Positions 38,739 to 51,900 of a stretch of DNA of 64,000 nt are shown one piece after another; the stretch's first letter is position 1, and each line of letters starts with the position of its first letter. The stretch is from Takakia lepidozioides. Lineage: Eukaryota; Plantae; Bryophyta. Where the stretch lies: the NCBI GenBank assembly GCA_030704615.1, contig CM060732.1, positions 44,826,001-44,890,000 on the forward strand, given 5' to 3'. Position numbers and translations under genes: made by a program. Below the pieces are notes generated by a model. It did no database searches, had not been told where the DNA came from, and saw only the letters and a list, made by a program, of their open reading frames with translations.

Positions 38739-39753
38739 ATGGAAGACACATTTGCGGAAATGGTCACCACATTGCAGAGTCTTCAGCTCCAGATGCAAGA
38801 ACTTCGTACATCTACCGCCCAATTGCAAGCTGATCAGTCTCAAGATCTTGGCAACGCTCTCCACAATTTGCAACAACAAATTTCAGAGTTAAAGGAGTCG
38901 AACAATGGATCTTCAACCATACGAGTCCCTATTACAACAGTTCCTACTACAACGGTTCCTCTTTAACAGATTACGAGAGAACCAAAGATCAGCATGCCCG
39001 AGAAATTTGATGGGACGAGATCAAGATTTTGCGGTTTTGTTCAACAAGTACGACTGTTCCTATGACTACATGATGAAGGTATTCAAGTGGGATTCGTGGG
39101 CACCCTTCTATCAGGCAGTGCCCTATCTTGGTTTGCACCGCTATTAGAAAAAAAATCACATTTATTATATAATTTTGAAGCATTCATGTCCGAGTTCACT
39201 GCAACGTTTGGAGAGAATGATAGAAAGAGAGTTGTAAAAACAAAGATGCGAAATCTTCGACAAGGAGCACGTCCTGCTTCCGTTTATGCTGCCGAATTTC
39301 GACAACTTACGTGCGACCTCGACTGGAATGAGAAGAGCCTTATTAGTCAGTTTCGATGTGGACTAAAAGATGATGTAAAAGATTTGTTGCTGACAATGCA
39401 CACTGAGTGAATTCATCACCCAAGTCATTGCATTCGATAATCGTTTGTTCGAAAGACGTCAAAAGAAGCGATCTGGATGGTCGACGACGCATCATGTCAC
39501 TGTTACTACGACACCAAATACAACGATTCATCAGACATCCAGTCGTGATCCTATGCAGATTGATGCTGTCCGATTCAAACCATTGACGCCACAAGAAAAA
39601 CAAAGACGGCGTTCGAATGGATTATGTCTCTATTGCGGAGAAGAAGATCACATAGCATTAAACTGCCCCAACAAGAGAAGATTCAAAGCTCGGGGCACAA
39701 CTCAAGTGTTCGATACGAGGAGGTCGGAAAACGACGATGTCCAGTCACAGTAG
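38739..39753 (+). pseudogene. gag (retrotransposon gag domain + CCHC zinc knuckle)
   Basis: MPEKFDG; LLSGSALSW; LRQGARPASVYAAEFRQL; DPMQID; CLYCGEEDHIALNC. Internal stops/frameshifts. Confidence 0.9.
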
Positions 39754-39785
39754 GGACCCTGCGGTTGGACACCACAAATTCCTTA
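39726..39785 (+). promoter_or_regulatory. -1 ribosomal frameshift signal (G GAA AAC + pseudoknot)
   Basis: Slippery heptamer 39726-39732; stem TGTCCAGTCACAG/CTGCGGTTGGACA; loop TAGGGA can pair with TCCTTA at 39780-39785; the protease ORF is in the -1 frame. Confidence 0.75.
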
Positions 39786-40230
39786 CCGAAAAAAAGTCTC
39801 TTTCTACCTCCAGACCCTGCACCTTGCTTCACAGTTCAGGTAAAAATCAGAGTGCAAAATCGAGATATCGTTGTAGAAGCACTTTTGGACTCAGGAGCTT
39901 CAGCTTGTTTTATGGACAAAAACTTTGCGAAACAACACAATTTAACGCTCGTAAAGAAGAAACTCTCGGCCCCCGTTGAAGTCATCGATGGACGACCGTT
40001 AGGATCAGGAAATGTGGACCATGAAACTCGACCACTTGAAGTGAAGCTTAAAGATCAAGCATCACATATTGTTTTCAATGTCATCCAGTCTCCAACGAAT
40101 CATGTGATCCTTGAACTTCCCTGGTTCGTACTTCACAATCCCGACATCGACTGGAGATCGCGAAAAATTTCTGCAAGACAAAAATGTAGAAATATCAAAG
40201 GTATGCAACCCCTATTCCTTGGAGCTAGTG
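39733..40230 (+). pseudogene. Aspartic protease of the nested element
   Basis: VEALLDSGASACFMD...VEVIDGRPL...VILELPWFVLHNPDIDW. Confidence 0.88.
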
Positions 40231-41341
40231 CAACCATCACCTTGAACTTGGGACCATGCAATGATTTGAGCATTCTGATTTTCGAAGCTGCCTCCAAACA
40301 TGATTTCGTTGCCTTCTGGGTCCGAATCCTCAACCTCCAACAGAATTATCAGACTTCGAGTAGGCTCTACTTGCCGTCGTATGGGGTTCAGACAAGGAAA
40401 TACGCGTCGCATTGGTGGCCCATCGTCTTGAGAGCGTCGGCGTGATGTTGAAGGTCGTGAGAGTCGGAATGGCTGATCTGGTAGCTGGGTAATCGACAAC
40501 TCCAATGTATCTGGTTCTTGTGACTCCATGCTGCCAATACAAGATGCAAGAGTGCTGGAAGTGTAGCTATAAATCATTTGAGTCAAGAACGAAGAGCCGA
40601 ATACTTGGCAAGTACCATTCACCGGATTTTGGATTTTCTCTAAGCAAGTCCAAGATTTTACCGCTCCTCGAGGAACTCGGCGCTAGAGGAGGGGGTGATG
40701 TCACGGACATAGCCCAGAAGAACTTACCAGGAGTAAATACCAGAAGTTACCAAGTTACCATGTTACCGAAACTTACCGTGATTTATCATGATCTACCATG
40801 ATTTACCATTACTTACCAAGTTACCGGGAGTTTACCAAATTACCAAGAGTAACTTGGGAATTCAGGAAGCTTCCTTTGGATGAAACTTCTCCATCAAGAT
40901 ACCTCATTTGTTTAATGAAGCTTCTCCATCAAGAAACCTTTGTTTAATCTTGGAAACTTCTCCAACAAGAAACCTCCATATGGGAAGCTTCTTGGGGAAG
41001 TTTCTTAGTAGCCAGTATATATAGGAGGCGAGACTGGACACTCTTCAGTCTCGCCAATACCAGTTCAAGCTACTCTTGTTTCCAGTTTCCAGTACTCTAG
41101 TCCAGTTCCCAGTACTCTAGCCCAGTTTCTAGTATCTGATACTCCAATCCAGTTTCCAGCATTCCAGTATTCAAGTCGTGTTCCAACATCTTGTACTCTT
41201 GTTCATTGTTATAAAGATAATCTTGATTCTTATTTACTCATCGTGCATACGGCCATGCCGACCTTGACTTTTTGTCTAGTCTTGTACCTCTAGTCTGATC
41301 TCTTATTTAAGTTCAGTCGTGTTCTTGTCCTTGACAATAGT

Positions 41342-42359
41342 AACCTCCGCCTCGGTAACAGTCAGGCGAGAACTAGGTGCCATGGACGGCGTCGACACTG
41401 TCTCCGCCAATGTGAATGACTGAGGAAGCTTGGCCAGATGGCTTGCTTCCCACGTTGTGGATCCAACTCCACCTCCGCACCCTGTGGCTCAGGAATTCGT
41501 GTTGCTCCTCGAGTCACTGCCGCAACTGACTCCACTTACACTAGTGGTAGTGGTGCTTCACCCTTCCCGTACCAGAACTGGACTGCCTGAGCCTCCATAA
41601 CCCCTTGGGTTACATTTATTAAGTGCCTCATGCGAGTGAAAACCTCCCTCAAGCTCTTAGTAGGCTTCATTTGGAACTCTTGCAAGCTCCTCAACTTCTC
41701 TGTCCTCACCCCTTAGTAGTTCCTTCTCAACTCTTCGAAAAACTCCACAACAGGGTTGAAAGCAGGCACCGCCACTGGTGCTGGTGCAGCAGTAGCTTGG
41801 GTGGACGTCGTAGTTGCTGTACCACTAGTCCCAAAACTGCTCGTGGAAGCTGCCGGTGTGGCTGCTGCCCTTGTGCCTCTAGTGCCTCTAGTGATGGAGA
41901 CATAGTCGGGTGATCAGTACATCCTCCACTCCTTGATCTCGACAGCATGCCCCCGCCTAAACTCATGGTAATCATCCATGGGCGGCCCCTCAAGGTGCTG
42001 AAACAACCCCTTCTACGTCATAAAAGGCGTAAACAGTTGTGGATTGCGCATTTGCTGCAAGTCACACCAACTATCAAACTCTTGGATAAAATCATCCAAC
42101 TCAATGGTGCCCACCGCCCAGAGTACCTTCGTGGCCCCTTGGTAGCTCCATACATCTCCTCCATTGTATCCCACAACAATGGCAAGGAAACAACTTGCAC
42201 CGCCGGTGTGAGTCCTCCTGATTCACAATCCGAATCAGAACCTTCCGTAGAAGACACAGGAGGTGAAGGTGGCCTAAACCGCACACCTCGTCTCGTATAC
42301 CCGCTAGTATCGCTAGTGCTCGTACTGGCACTTTCCCCAGCAACTAGTGGCACTTCCAT
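41342..42359 (-). pseudogene. gag-like region of the DNMT-Gypsy element (decayed)
   Basis: ORF 42018-42359 and a shifted frame LDDFIQEFDSWCDLQQMRNPQLFTPFM...; it lies upstream of the protease once the nested insertion is removed. Confidence 0.55.
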
Positions 42360-44179
42360 ATTGACAAACTGACACTCAACCGGTCATGAGCCTGTCTCTA
42401 ACCCCCTCTCCACAAGGTAACCGGGTAGAGAACCTGATGCGGCTTATGGTTTGGAATACTAGGTTCCTAACATAGCTTGCACCTGCACCTGCAAGGAAGT
42501 AATCCCCTTTGTTAAAACGCAATAGGGAGGCAATTCCGACTTTTCTGTCGGATCAGCTAGCTCAAAACCGTTGTTCTTCAGAGCCCAACGTCCCCATTAA
42601 GGTCCCACGAAACGAGTGATTTTTTTATTTTTTTATTATTTTTTTCCACTCTGACTGTTCGCGGCCTTCCGCGGCTCCAACCACCACGACTCCTCACGGC
42701 CTGCCCTAAGCGCTCGTTGGCCACGGGCTGCCCCGTGATACCCTGTGGTACCACGCCCACGAGCCTTCACGGCCCGCCATCCCCACGATCTGATCACCGT
42801 GCCAACCCGTGGTGTCCACACCACGGCTTCCCATTGTCATGGTCAACGGTCACGGTCAACAGTTCCCTGCATTCCCAGGAACTCTACACAAGTTCCCATG
42901 CGTTCCCGGTCGTTCCCGAGACGTTCCCACGTGTTCCCGAGCTCTCCCTGAGCTGGGGTTTGCTCCTGCATCTGCTGTCGCTGAGCTATGGCTTCTGCGG
43001 AGCCATCAGCCCTGTCGCCTTGCACTCCTGAGCTCTCACGGCCCACTAGAAGCGCCCCCAACTCAACAAGCAAGCTATATGCTGCCCAACAAGCTCCATT
43101 TTCTTCATGAAGCTCACAAAAACAAATCTGAAAATACACACCTTTACAACCTTGGTGTACCTGCAGTTCTACTGCACATTCCCTGGCTCTAGGACACCTA
43201 GTTGCTGCCCTTCCAGCCCCACTCTTGCCACTCCAAGAGCCCTTACAGTGCTAGAGTTTCAGATTGAACTTCCAACTCAAGCACATGCTTCACAAGTGCA
43301 CTGATTTGCACACAAGAGGGACCAGCCCCCTCTCTTCACTCATACCTCTTCATGAGCTTGGAGTTGAAGCTCCCAACAGGCTGCGATGCATCCCCTCGCA
43401 GATCCACTATTCAGCTGCTCCTCCTCTACCCGCAACAACTAGTTTTGGGCAGAGATACCTGGAGCTGATCATATCATCTCCAACCTGCAACATGCTAGCT
43501 TCCCATGCGCCACATTCTTGCAGCTCCTTAACTCGACTTGCAGCTGAAGAAGACAACCACCAGTTCGCCCACTCGTGACCAGCATTTCCTCTGCTTCACA
43601 TTAGAACCGCATACTCAGTTGCCATAGCGTTGAGCTATGCAACACTGACCGCCTCTCTATCCATTGCAAACCTGCAAACTGTTTGCCTTTGCACTCTATC
43701 CGCTTTGGATAGTCTCATGCATGGATCCCTGCACTCTAGGCTGAACCGTTTCTCATGATCTGAAAACACAAGTGCTACAACTAATTCGAACCTGGCACTC
43801 ACAGACTCGAGCTGATTTTTCTCGAGTGATAAAGAAATAAATGATACAAGCACACAAGCTCTCTCAAACTCACATACTTGCACATGAAAACATCACTCAT
43901 ATATTAAGTTGAGCCAAGTGCACCCCACGCCATGGGGAATCCACACTACGGCGCCATAGCTAGACGCGGTGAGGCTCAACTCGAGAAAGATGAGCCCATC
44001 GCGATCTGCCATGAAGATAACAACGCCAAGTACCCAAACATATATTGGCCCCTGGATTGACACTTAGGTCAATCCCAAATGTCAATATATCAAAACTAAC
44101 TATTTCCTAGCTAGTTTCACACTAGTGGTAAAATAACTTGATAGATGCGACGATTTTGATTTTTTTCTTAAAGAATTGA

Positions 44180-45515
44180 TGCGACCGCCAAGTCTGGCAG
44201 TCGCATATAAACTCTTTAAAGAATAAGTGCGACGGCCAAGTCTGACAATAACATGTATTATTTTTACTATGTACGATCGTCATAATTAGTCGTCACATGT
44301 TAATTTTATCTTTTATATTTGACAGTCATATATATCGTTTATTTTCTTAACATGTGCGACCGCCAAGGCTAGGGGTCACATGTAACTTTTATTTTAAATA
44401 TATTAATGAAAGTTGCGCCCAATTCCGAGATATTTTAAAAGGGGTGCGATCGCAGAGTCAGGCGGTCGCATGTAATTTTTTGTTGTTTTAAAAAGGTGCA
44501 ACTGCCATAAGTTGCGGTTAAGCCCAATTCCAAAAAATGAACCAAATTTTTTTTTTTTAAATTTTTTCGTATTGCATTGCATGTTTTTTTTTTTAAGAAC
44601 AAAAAAATAAGACGTAAGGAAAAAAATAACCTTACACAGAGCCATGAGGCGTAGTAACGAGGTTCCACTCAGATCCAAGAGCCAAGAAGAAGGGAAAGCA
44701 TAAGAAAACTAAGAGCAGAGAAACAACTCTGCATAACAGCAGGATACGATCAAAGTAACAAGGTAGGAAGAGCAGCTTCATGACTGATCTCCAACCCTTC
44801 AAGAAGCAAAGAAAAAGGCAGAAGAAGCCTAATTCCCTAGGAAAGAGTAAGACAAGAAGAATCTACGAACTACATCTTTTACGCTTGGGAGCTTCAAAAG
44901 ATAGTTGAGTTTTAGATCTAATTTACCTAGAGGAATTTTTTTTATTTTGATTGGTGTGATCGTAAGGGTTGGCAGTTACATGTAGTTTTTTATTTTAAAA
45001 TAGGTAGGACAACGGCCATAATTGGTGGTCGCACCCATTTTTGGAAAAATGAAGAAGAAGAGGAAGATTTTTTTTTTGCACTTGTTTTTCAAAAACTGGT
45101 GCGACTGCTTAGGTCGGCGGTTGTATGTAATATTTTATATATGTGACCGCTAGAATTGGCAATCGCATTAATTTTTTAAAATTTAAAATACAGGCGATCG
45201 GTGAATTTTGGCGGTCGCACTTATTTTTCAAAAAATATTTATAGTGACCGCCAAAATTGGACGATCATACGTACATTTTTCAAAATAAATTACATGCGAC
45301 CGCCGAATTTTGGGCGGTTGCAAATATTTATTCAAAAATTAAAACCTACGACCGTCGGATTTTGGAGATTAAAAAAAAAAAAAACCATACGACAACCGGA
45401 TTTTAGTGGCACACATATATTTCTTAAGTAATTATGTGTGTGTGCTAATATTGGCAGTCATAGCTATTTTTTAAAATTTTAATTTGATGGAACTCTCAAT
45501 ATATGGCAGTCGTCG
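44180..45515. repeat. Degenerate (T)GCGACCGCC palindrome arrays, related non-autonomous element
   Basis: Same motif family as 18855-30270. The end near 45660-45715 resembles 18647-18730 in reverse (CGTCACGT...CGTCAGA.CTGA). Confidence 0.7.
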
Positions 45516-47147
45516 TTAGTTTTTTAAAGAATTTTTAATTAACTGTGATGTTGTTAATATGTCAACGTGTTTGCCAATGCGATGTGACGTTTTTCTTTTA
45601 CCCTTCATATATTTTTATTTTTATAATAAAAAAATAAACGTGACATAAGTTGCGTCAGTGTCAGTTCTGACGCGATGCGACCTGACGGGGACGTGACGTG
45701 TGCAATCAGTCTCCATACGACACATACTTTATTCTAATGAGGAACCAAATTGCCCAAAGTTCTACGTTCTATGTTCTCACCTCTCTCTCTATACACATGA
45801 CCTCACAAATCAACCATTCCAATACCCACTGGCCCCCCTCTCCATTTTTTTGGCCTTCAGATTTAACCCCTGCAAGTATTTGGGACCCTTATATTGCACG
45901 AGTTGTTCTACGTTCTGGAAACTGAAAATGTATTTGGTTTGTGGTTTGGGACAAGTCTAAATCGGCCAAGATCAGTACCTTCCTATGACAGGTGGCCAAT
46001 AGGGTCCTCAAAGTGGGCCAATACTTGAACTTCCGGGAGGCTCTGCTATGTCAATGCTGCACTATTGGGATCATTAAATCCCTTGAACATTGCCTCATCC
46101 ACTATGTTGCCCCACACACCATATGGCCCCTGGTACAAAGTTTCTATCAGGCACGGAATCTCATGCCCTTATCTCTGGTGGCAATACTCCTAAAGTATGG
46201 TCAGAGGGGGGAAAGACAAGGCTTCTGAATGCCCAGTCTTTGAGACTCTAAGATCAACCTTATGGAATCTATGGAAAGACAGATGTGTATGGGCCGTGGA
46301 CAATGATAACTGCACTGCTCACATAGCTAGTTTTCTTTGATCTTACAGTGACAGCTAAGAAGGCTTGGGCGGTTATGTGTGCAGATGTTGCCAGGAAACC
46401 ACAACGTCAGCTAACCCTCCTCCTTGCCTTTCGAGCAACATGGGGGAAGCTTGGGATCATTTGCAGCTGCTTTGATGACCTCTCCTGTGTTTGGGCAGAC
46501 AGAATCCCTGATTGTTGGCAGGGTCAGAGATCCAGGCTCTTCAGCTTCCCCAGAGTTTGAGAGGTCAGAGGTCAACTAAAATCACATCATAACATCATCA
46601 GCTGCCAGACTTCACTTCCATAGATAGTTCTTTCTCGCTTGAGGCCTTCTCTGAGGCCATGTTCTCATTCTCAATATGGCCTAGTGTGCTCCTGCTAGGT
46701 TCAACAAATTTTTTCCCTTCTCGCGTGACTGTTTCAAGTAACCCTGCTACTAGACGCTACAGTCTATTGTAGCCTTGGTATCTTTAGGGCATTGAAGGCT
46801 CTTGGTCAATAGTCTCGTCATCATATCAGTTGTTGTTCGTGAGTTATCCAACACGGTCCACCGTGAGAACAAGCCTCATGGCAGCCTTTGGGCACTCTAG
46901 GGTTTTATTTGTTTTCCCCGCAAATAATGCGAATAAAGTTTCAAGGGCTTCCTCCCCTTTTCTCAAAATTAAAAAAAAATGCCGAATTTCTAGATATTTG
47001 AACCCAACGCTCGCTCGCGTGTTCAATACCATACGTACTTGAGTACAAGGCATACTTTTATACAATATATCTTGTATAGTGCCGGAACTATTCCGAAAAG
47101 CATGCTAGATCTCCTATGTAAGAAAAATAAATATTATACACACAACA

Positions 47148-47350
47148 GGACTGTGGCCCCGTGGTAAGCCACTTGTGTATCGGCTTGTGGGTATGGGGTT
47201 CAAACCCATGTCATCTGTCTCTCTGCCGTTGGGCTGAGGCCCTGCCCCTGTAATGCCTCCATGGCTCAGAAATGGGGTTTATTTTCCCTCTCAAGGCCTA
47301 GTTGCTGGGGCTGGTGTTTCCTTGGCAATAAACAAAGAAAAGAAAAGAAC
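47148..47350 (+). mobile_element. tRNA-derived SINE-like repeat (family B)
   Basis: A-box-like TGGCCCCGTGG, B-box GGTTCAAACC (47197-47206) and an A-rich tail. Related copies at ~55605-55745 (-) and ~56390-56482 (+). Confidence 0.6.
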
Positions 47351-47847
47351 TACATGAGAGGCCTAACGAACAGCATGGGCACCTACTGTTTCTCCAATTG
47401 CAGTCCGCCTGAAGCCCAAATGTTTTCATATGAAAAGAGTTTCGCTGGCAGAACATTTTCATTGAATTTTCATAGGGGAAGGCTTCTTTGAAACTCCATA
47501 AATCCTATCATTTCCATATGAGAAATTATAGGCAATTTTGCATCATCTTGGGTTGTGCATTAAGTTATGCTCAAGGGCCAAATTTGTGTGAAACTTTGGC
47601 ATCAGTTTCGCAAAAGGGCTTCAGTGAGCATCATTAGGATGCTAGCTAGTGCCAAGTTTTTGTTTCTCGGCAAGACAGAAGGCCACGTCGACAGGTTTGG
47701 TAGGAGACTAGTTCTAAATCACCATCAGATCATCAACATCAAGTTTTTTTAATATTTGCTCTAAGGAATCCTTTGGAGCGGCTCTAAAGATTTCGTAGAG
47801 TGGGAAAAAGGGAAAAAGTCGAATTATTATTTATATCCGCTCCAAGG

Positions 47848-48066
47848 TTTATTTATTTTTTGAAAGGGAAACACCTTGGAGCGACAGCTCACAAATCAGG
47901 CCCCTTAATAGTGAGAGGAGAAAATAACCTCTTTTCACAGTAACCCCCCATGAGGCGTAGGAATGGGTACCACCCAGGAACCATACCACACCCGTCAGTA
48001 GCAAGATTTGACCCCAGAATCGTCTGGGTGGCACTCAGTGCACTTAACCAACTGAGCTACTGACTG
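47848..48066 (-). mobile_element. tRNA-derived SINE-like repeat (family A)
   Basis: Minus strand: A box TAGCTCAGTTGG, B-box-like GGTCAAATC, A-rich tail. A 5'-truncated homolog lies at ~61805-62000 (+). Confidence 0.6.
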
Positions 48067-48943
48067 TTGGTCAAGGATTTCTTAGAGCGGGAAAAGGAAA
48101 AAAGGTGAATTATTATTTATATATGCTCTAAGGATTCCTTAGAGCCAGAAGAAAATATAAAGATAAACCAATGAACGTTAAACCGTGACAGATTCTGAAA
48201 GATAGGCCACAAGTCATTGAATTATTAAAGGGAAAAAAAAATTAGAAAACTTACAGGCGGGAATGCTGCTATAAGGCCTTATCGGTAAACCGTGACGGAG
48301 AACCTTGACGGAGAATCTGATGACTGATAATGTCTTACGATAGGCCACAAGTCGTTGAATTATTAAAAGAAAAAAGAAAAAAGAAACCCTTATAGGCCTG
48401 AAGGCTGCTATAAGGCCTGAGGGTAAACTGTGGTGGAGAATCTAATGATTGATAATGATAGGGCACAAGTCGTGAACTCGAGAAGAACTAAGGGTCAACT
48501 TCCATGTCTCGGCCAAATCGGCCAAGTTATCTAAAGTTTGTCGACGTTGGTGGAGCATGGCCGACTGATGACATGGATGGTTGATTTTATGTGCATAGGG
48601 TTCAAAAGTAATTGGGCAATAGGTCTGCATCGCTTAGCAAGGTCAGGTGTTGGAACAAATTTTGTATTATATGCCAGCCATATTGGATGCTTTTCAAGTG
48701 ATGAAAACTTATTAGTATCGACAAACTACCACATTCCAATTTCAATTATGCTTCATTTTGTGGTTGATGTTTTAGTGGACTTGAATAAGTTGAATCGGAA
48801 ATTTCAATACGACATGGTTGATATTTCAATGGTTGGATGCACTTTGAATGCAACCATTTTATTATTGAGGAGGTCTTTTCTCTATGGTCTTGGTCCCAAC
48901 TTGGACGACTAACAAAGCATTTGGGACCATTTTTGTCTGGAGC

Positions 48944-51900
48944 TGTTAGAGGGCTGCTTGGGACTTAGACGCTTTTACGGGATCTGTGGGGTACCCTTAA
49001 TTTTTACACAGACTAAGACCAACAGGAGCCTTAGGGGTGACAGCAATAGGCCTTAGGGGGGAGATACACAGCCCGACACAGTCCATCACAGCCCGACACA
49101 GCCGTCACAGCCAGTCACAGCCAACACGTCACAGTCCAACACAGCCAGTCACAGCCAGCACAGCCCGTCACAACTTCGCATAGCCCTACACAGCCCGACA
49201 CAGCCGCCACAGCTTCGCACAGCCCTACACAACCCGACACAGCCAGTCACAGCCCGCCACAGCCTGATACAACCAATTACAACTCGGCACAGCTGGGGAA
49301 CAGTTATCATTGGCAGGGAACGACGGTGGGGGAACGACATCTGAAAAAGGAACGTGTACTACAGAGATAACGGTTAGTTAGGAAAGTGGTTAGAACAGCT
49401 TGTAGGTAGAAAAAGCGAGGAGCGGGGACGTCTAGGGGGACTACTTCTTGGGGGATACTTCTGGCATCACGGGGGGGAAATGAAGCGGAGAGCGCATCTC
49501 TGAGTAGAAAGAGGGAGAGCACGGAGTAGGAGGAGAACGATCTGTTGATGCTTGATGAATGCAAGCAGTAGAGTTGTAATGTAGAGCAGATTAGAGACTC
49601 CATGGCTTCAGCCTGATACTTGATAGATATTAATCTGATACATATTTCATACTCACACTGTGTAGAGAGACCTGAGTGAAGCTGTGGAAATGAATGGATG
49701 GAACTTGATAGATACAATCTGTCGCAACGAGAATACTTTCAATCAATACAGGCAGGTTAAAGCTGACCAAGAGAGGTACATCCTGGAATTGCAGCAAACG
49801 CTCATGTCCAATAGAAATGAACTCTCTGTGGCTAACAAGGCTTGGAAGGAAGCCAATAATCTGGCTGCTGCATATGCGAGTTTGGTTGAACCTCATGCGA
49901 AGCGCATGGAGGCTTTACAGCGGCAGATAGATGTGTACATGCTCACAGAGGAGCAGACTCTCAGGGGTGCCACAAGCAACTTGGTGGATAACCACCTTAT
50001 GCAGGTCTGGTTAGCACAAGGGCCGGTGGAGGGCAAAGCACCACGAAAGCTCACCCAAAGCGAGATGAATGAGCTCAGACTGCAAGTGCAGAACATTGCC
50101 ACAACTACTATAGACAATGTCTATAGTAGAATAGCAGAGCTACAAGAGGATGTAGACGGCCTGCAGACTCAGGTGGAGGACCTGACATCAAATATTGACA
50201 AGAGAGTCTTTGTACCTGAGGAGCAGCTGATGGCTTCTTATTTACAAGCCAGAACTTTGGCTTTTCAGTCTTCTTCGCAGGGGGTGTAGGAGATGCCAGT
50301 GGTACAAGAGCCAGTGCCACCAACACCACAACAAGTCACTGTGACAGTAGCTGACCCTGTTGTTACTACAGCCACACCACAGCCACCACAGCCTAAGGTA
50401 TGGGGGGATGCTGCTTTTAACCCACCTAAAACTCATGCTGCACGGGAGTACAGTCGGGCTGTGATTATGCCCTTCAACCAAATTCCCATTGTGTTGGATT
50501 TGGCTTGAAAGGAATTTAGTCCTCCACAGTCGTTGGCACATTACTACCAGATCATGCGCATTTGGCTGCCAGTGGCAACTAGGACTAAGGTTCTTCCGAA
50601 CAATCGACCCATCGAGGATCATCACTTTGCGAGGTACTGGCATGAGGCAAGTACCATGTTGAAGGAATTAATTGCCTTCCAAGTTGTACATGGGTACATT
50701 TATATCAAGACCAAGGAGGTAACAAGTATTGTCATGGGCTGCGGGTTATACTATGCTGCTTGTTTTCTGGCACGTTATCACATTGAACAGCAGAAGATGC
50801 AATCGCGCTTTCTGAGTTATTCCAGTGGGGATCATTGGGTCTTACCTTCAGTGCCACCTCATATGTACCTCTATGATGCAAAGGTGATGATGCAAAAGGA
50901 CTCCCAACTTCGTTCATGGTTTCATGCGGCCTGGAACAATTGTCAACACAGAAATTCAGGCCTGACGATATTTTCTTTAAGGGCCATGAGGCATGGAAAA
51001 ACTTGCACAATTCACAAGTCATTGGTACCCCACTCACCTGGACAGACAAGGAGTTCAGGGTCTTCACCAATTTTGCCATTCAGCGCTTACAGCAAGTTTT
51101 GCAGTTTAAACTTCCAGACATGGTGGGACAACATTGTATGCCCCAGAGAATTCCAGTTAGAGTTCGACCGTTAAAACACCTCAGGGGGGACGAGGATTCT
51201 GATACTACTGTTTCTTCAGCGGACTCTTTTGACATGGTAGAGGATTATGCAATTCAGATGGCAGAGAAGAAGCGACGGGGGTCTCCTATGCCTGAAAGAT
51301 TACCTCGATATTAGCCAAAGGAGGGACTGACATATCCAGGTAGTATTCAATCATCTCCGTCAACCAGTGTCAGGACTCGAGCTCGCACAAGGAGTCCTTC
51401 ACGAGACTCTAACCGTCAGAAATGTGCTCGCTCACAAAGGTTTACAAATCCCAAACAGTAAACCGTGATGACACGGCTTTTTGAGAGGGGGAGTGGTAAA
51501 TGTTAGAAGGCTGCTTGGGACTTAGCCCCTTTACGGGATCTGTGGGGCACCCTTAATTTTTACATAGACTAAGACCAACAGGAGCCTTAGGGGTGATAGC
51601 AACAGACTTTAGGGGAGAGATACACAGCCCGACACAGTCCATCACAGCCCGACACAGCCGTCACAGCCAGTCACAGCCAACACAGCCCGTCACAGTCCAA
51701 CACAGCCAGTCACAGCCAGCACAGCCCGTCACAGCTTCGCACAGCCCTACACAGCCCGACACAGCCAGTCACAGCCCGCCACAGCCTGATACAACCAGTT
51801 ACAGCTCGGCACAGCTGGGGAACAGTTATCATTGGCAGGGAACGACGGTGGGGGAACGACATCTGAAAAAGGAACGTGTACTACAGAGATAACGGTTAGT

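Larger units (their letters stand above)
38039..41336 (+). mobile_element. Nested non-autonomous Tf1/sushi(Tcn1)-like LTR element (gag + protease only)
   Basis: LTRs 38039-38700 and 40699-41336 (TGTCA...TGACA), 5-bp TSD ATAGT (38034-38038, 41337-41341), PPT AGAGGAGGGGG before 40699. No RT, RH or INT. Confidence 0.95.
32913..44022 (-). mobile_element. Ty3/Gypsy LTR retrotransposon with DNA-methyltransferase domain (gag-PR-DNMT-RT-RH-INT), 3'-truncated and decayed
   Basis: Co-linear minus-strand domains in Gypsy order. It breaks off after the integrase motif GGGYRP near 32913. A candidate 5' LTR starts TGTTAT at 44022; this boundary is uncertain. Confidence 0.85.

Noticed and set aside
47990-48066. 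Functional tRNA gene (also fragments near 29440-29495, 55085-55130, 59125-59180)
   Set aside because: Only A/B-box-like remnants; no complete cloverleaf could be built, so these are better explained as SINE heads.
49149-49717. Minus-strand ORFs within the LTRs (also 51593-52125)
   Set aside because: They arise from CACAGCC tandem repeats and LTR duplication; no independent coding evidence.
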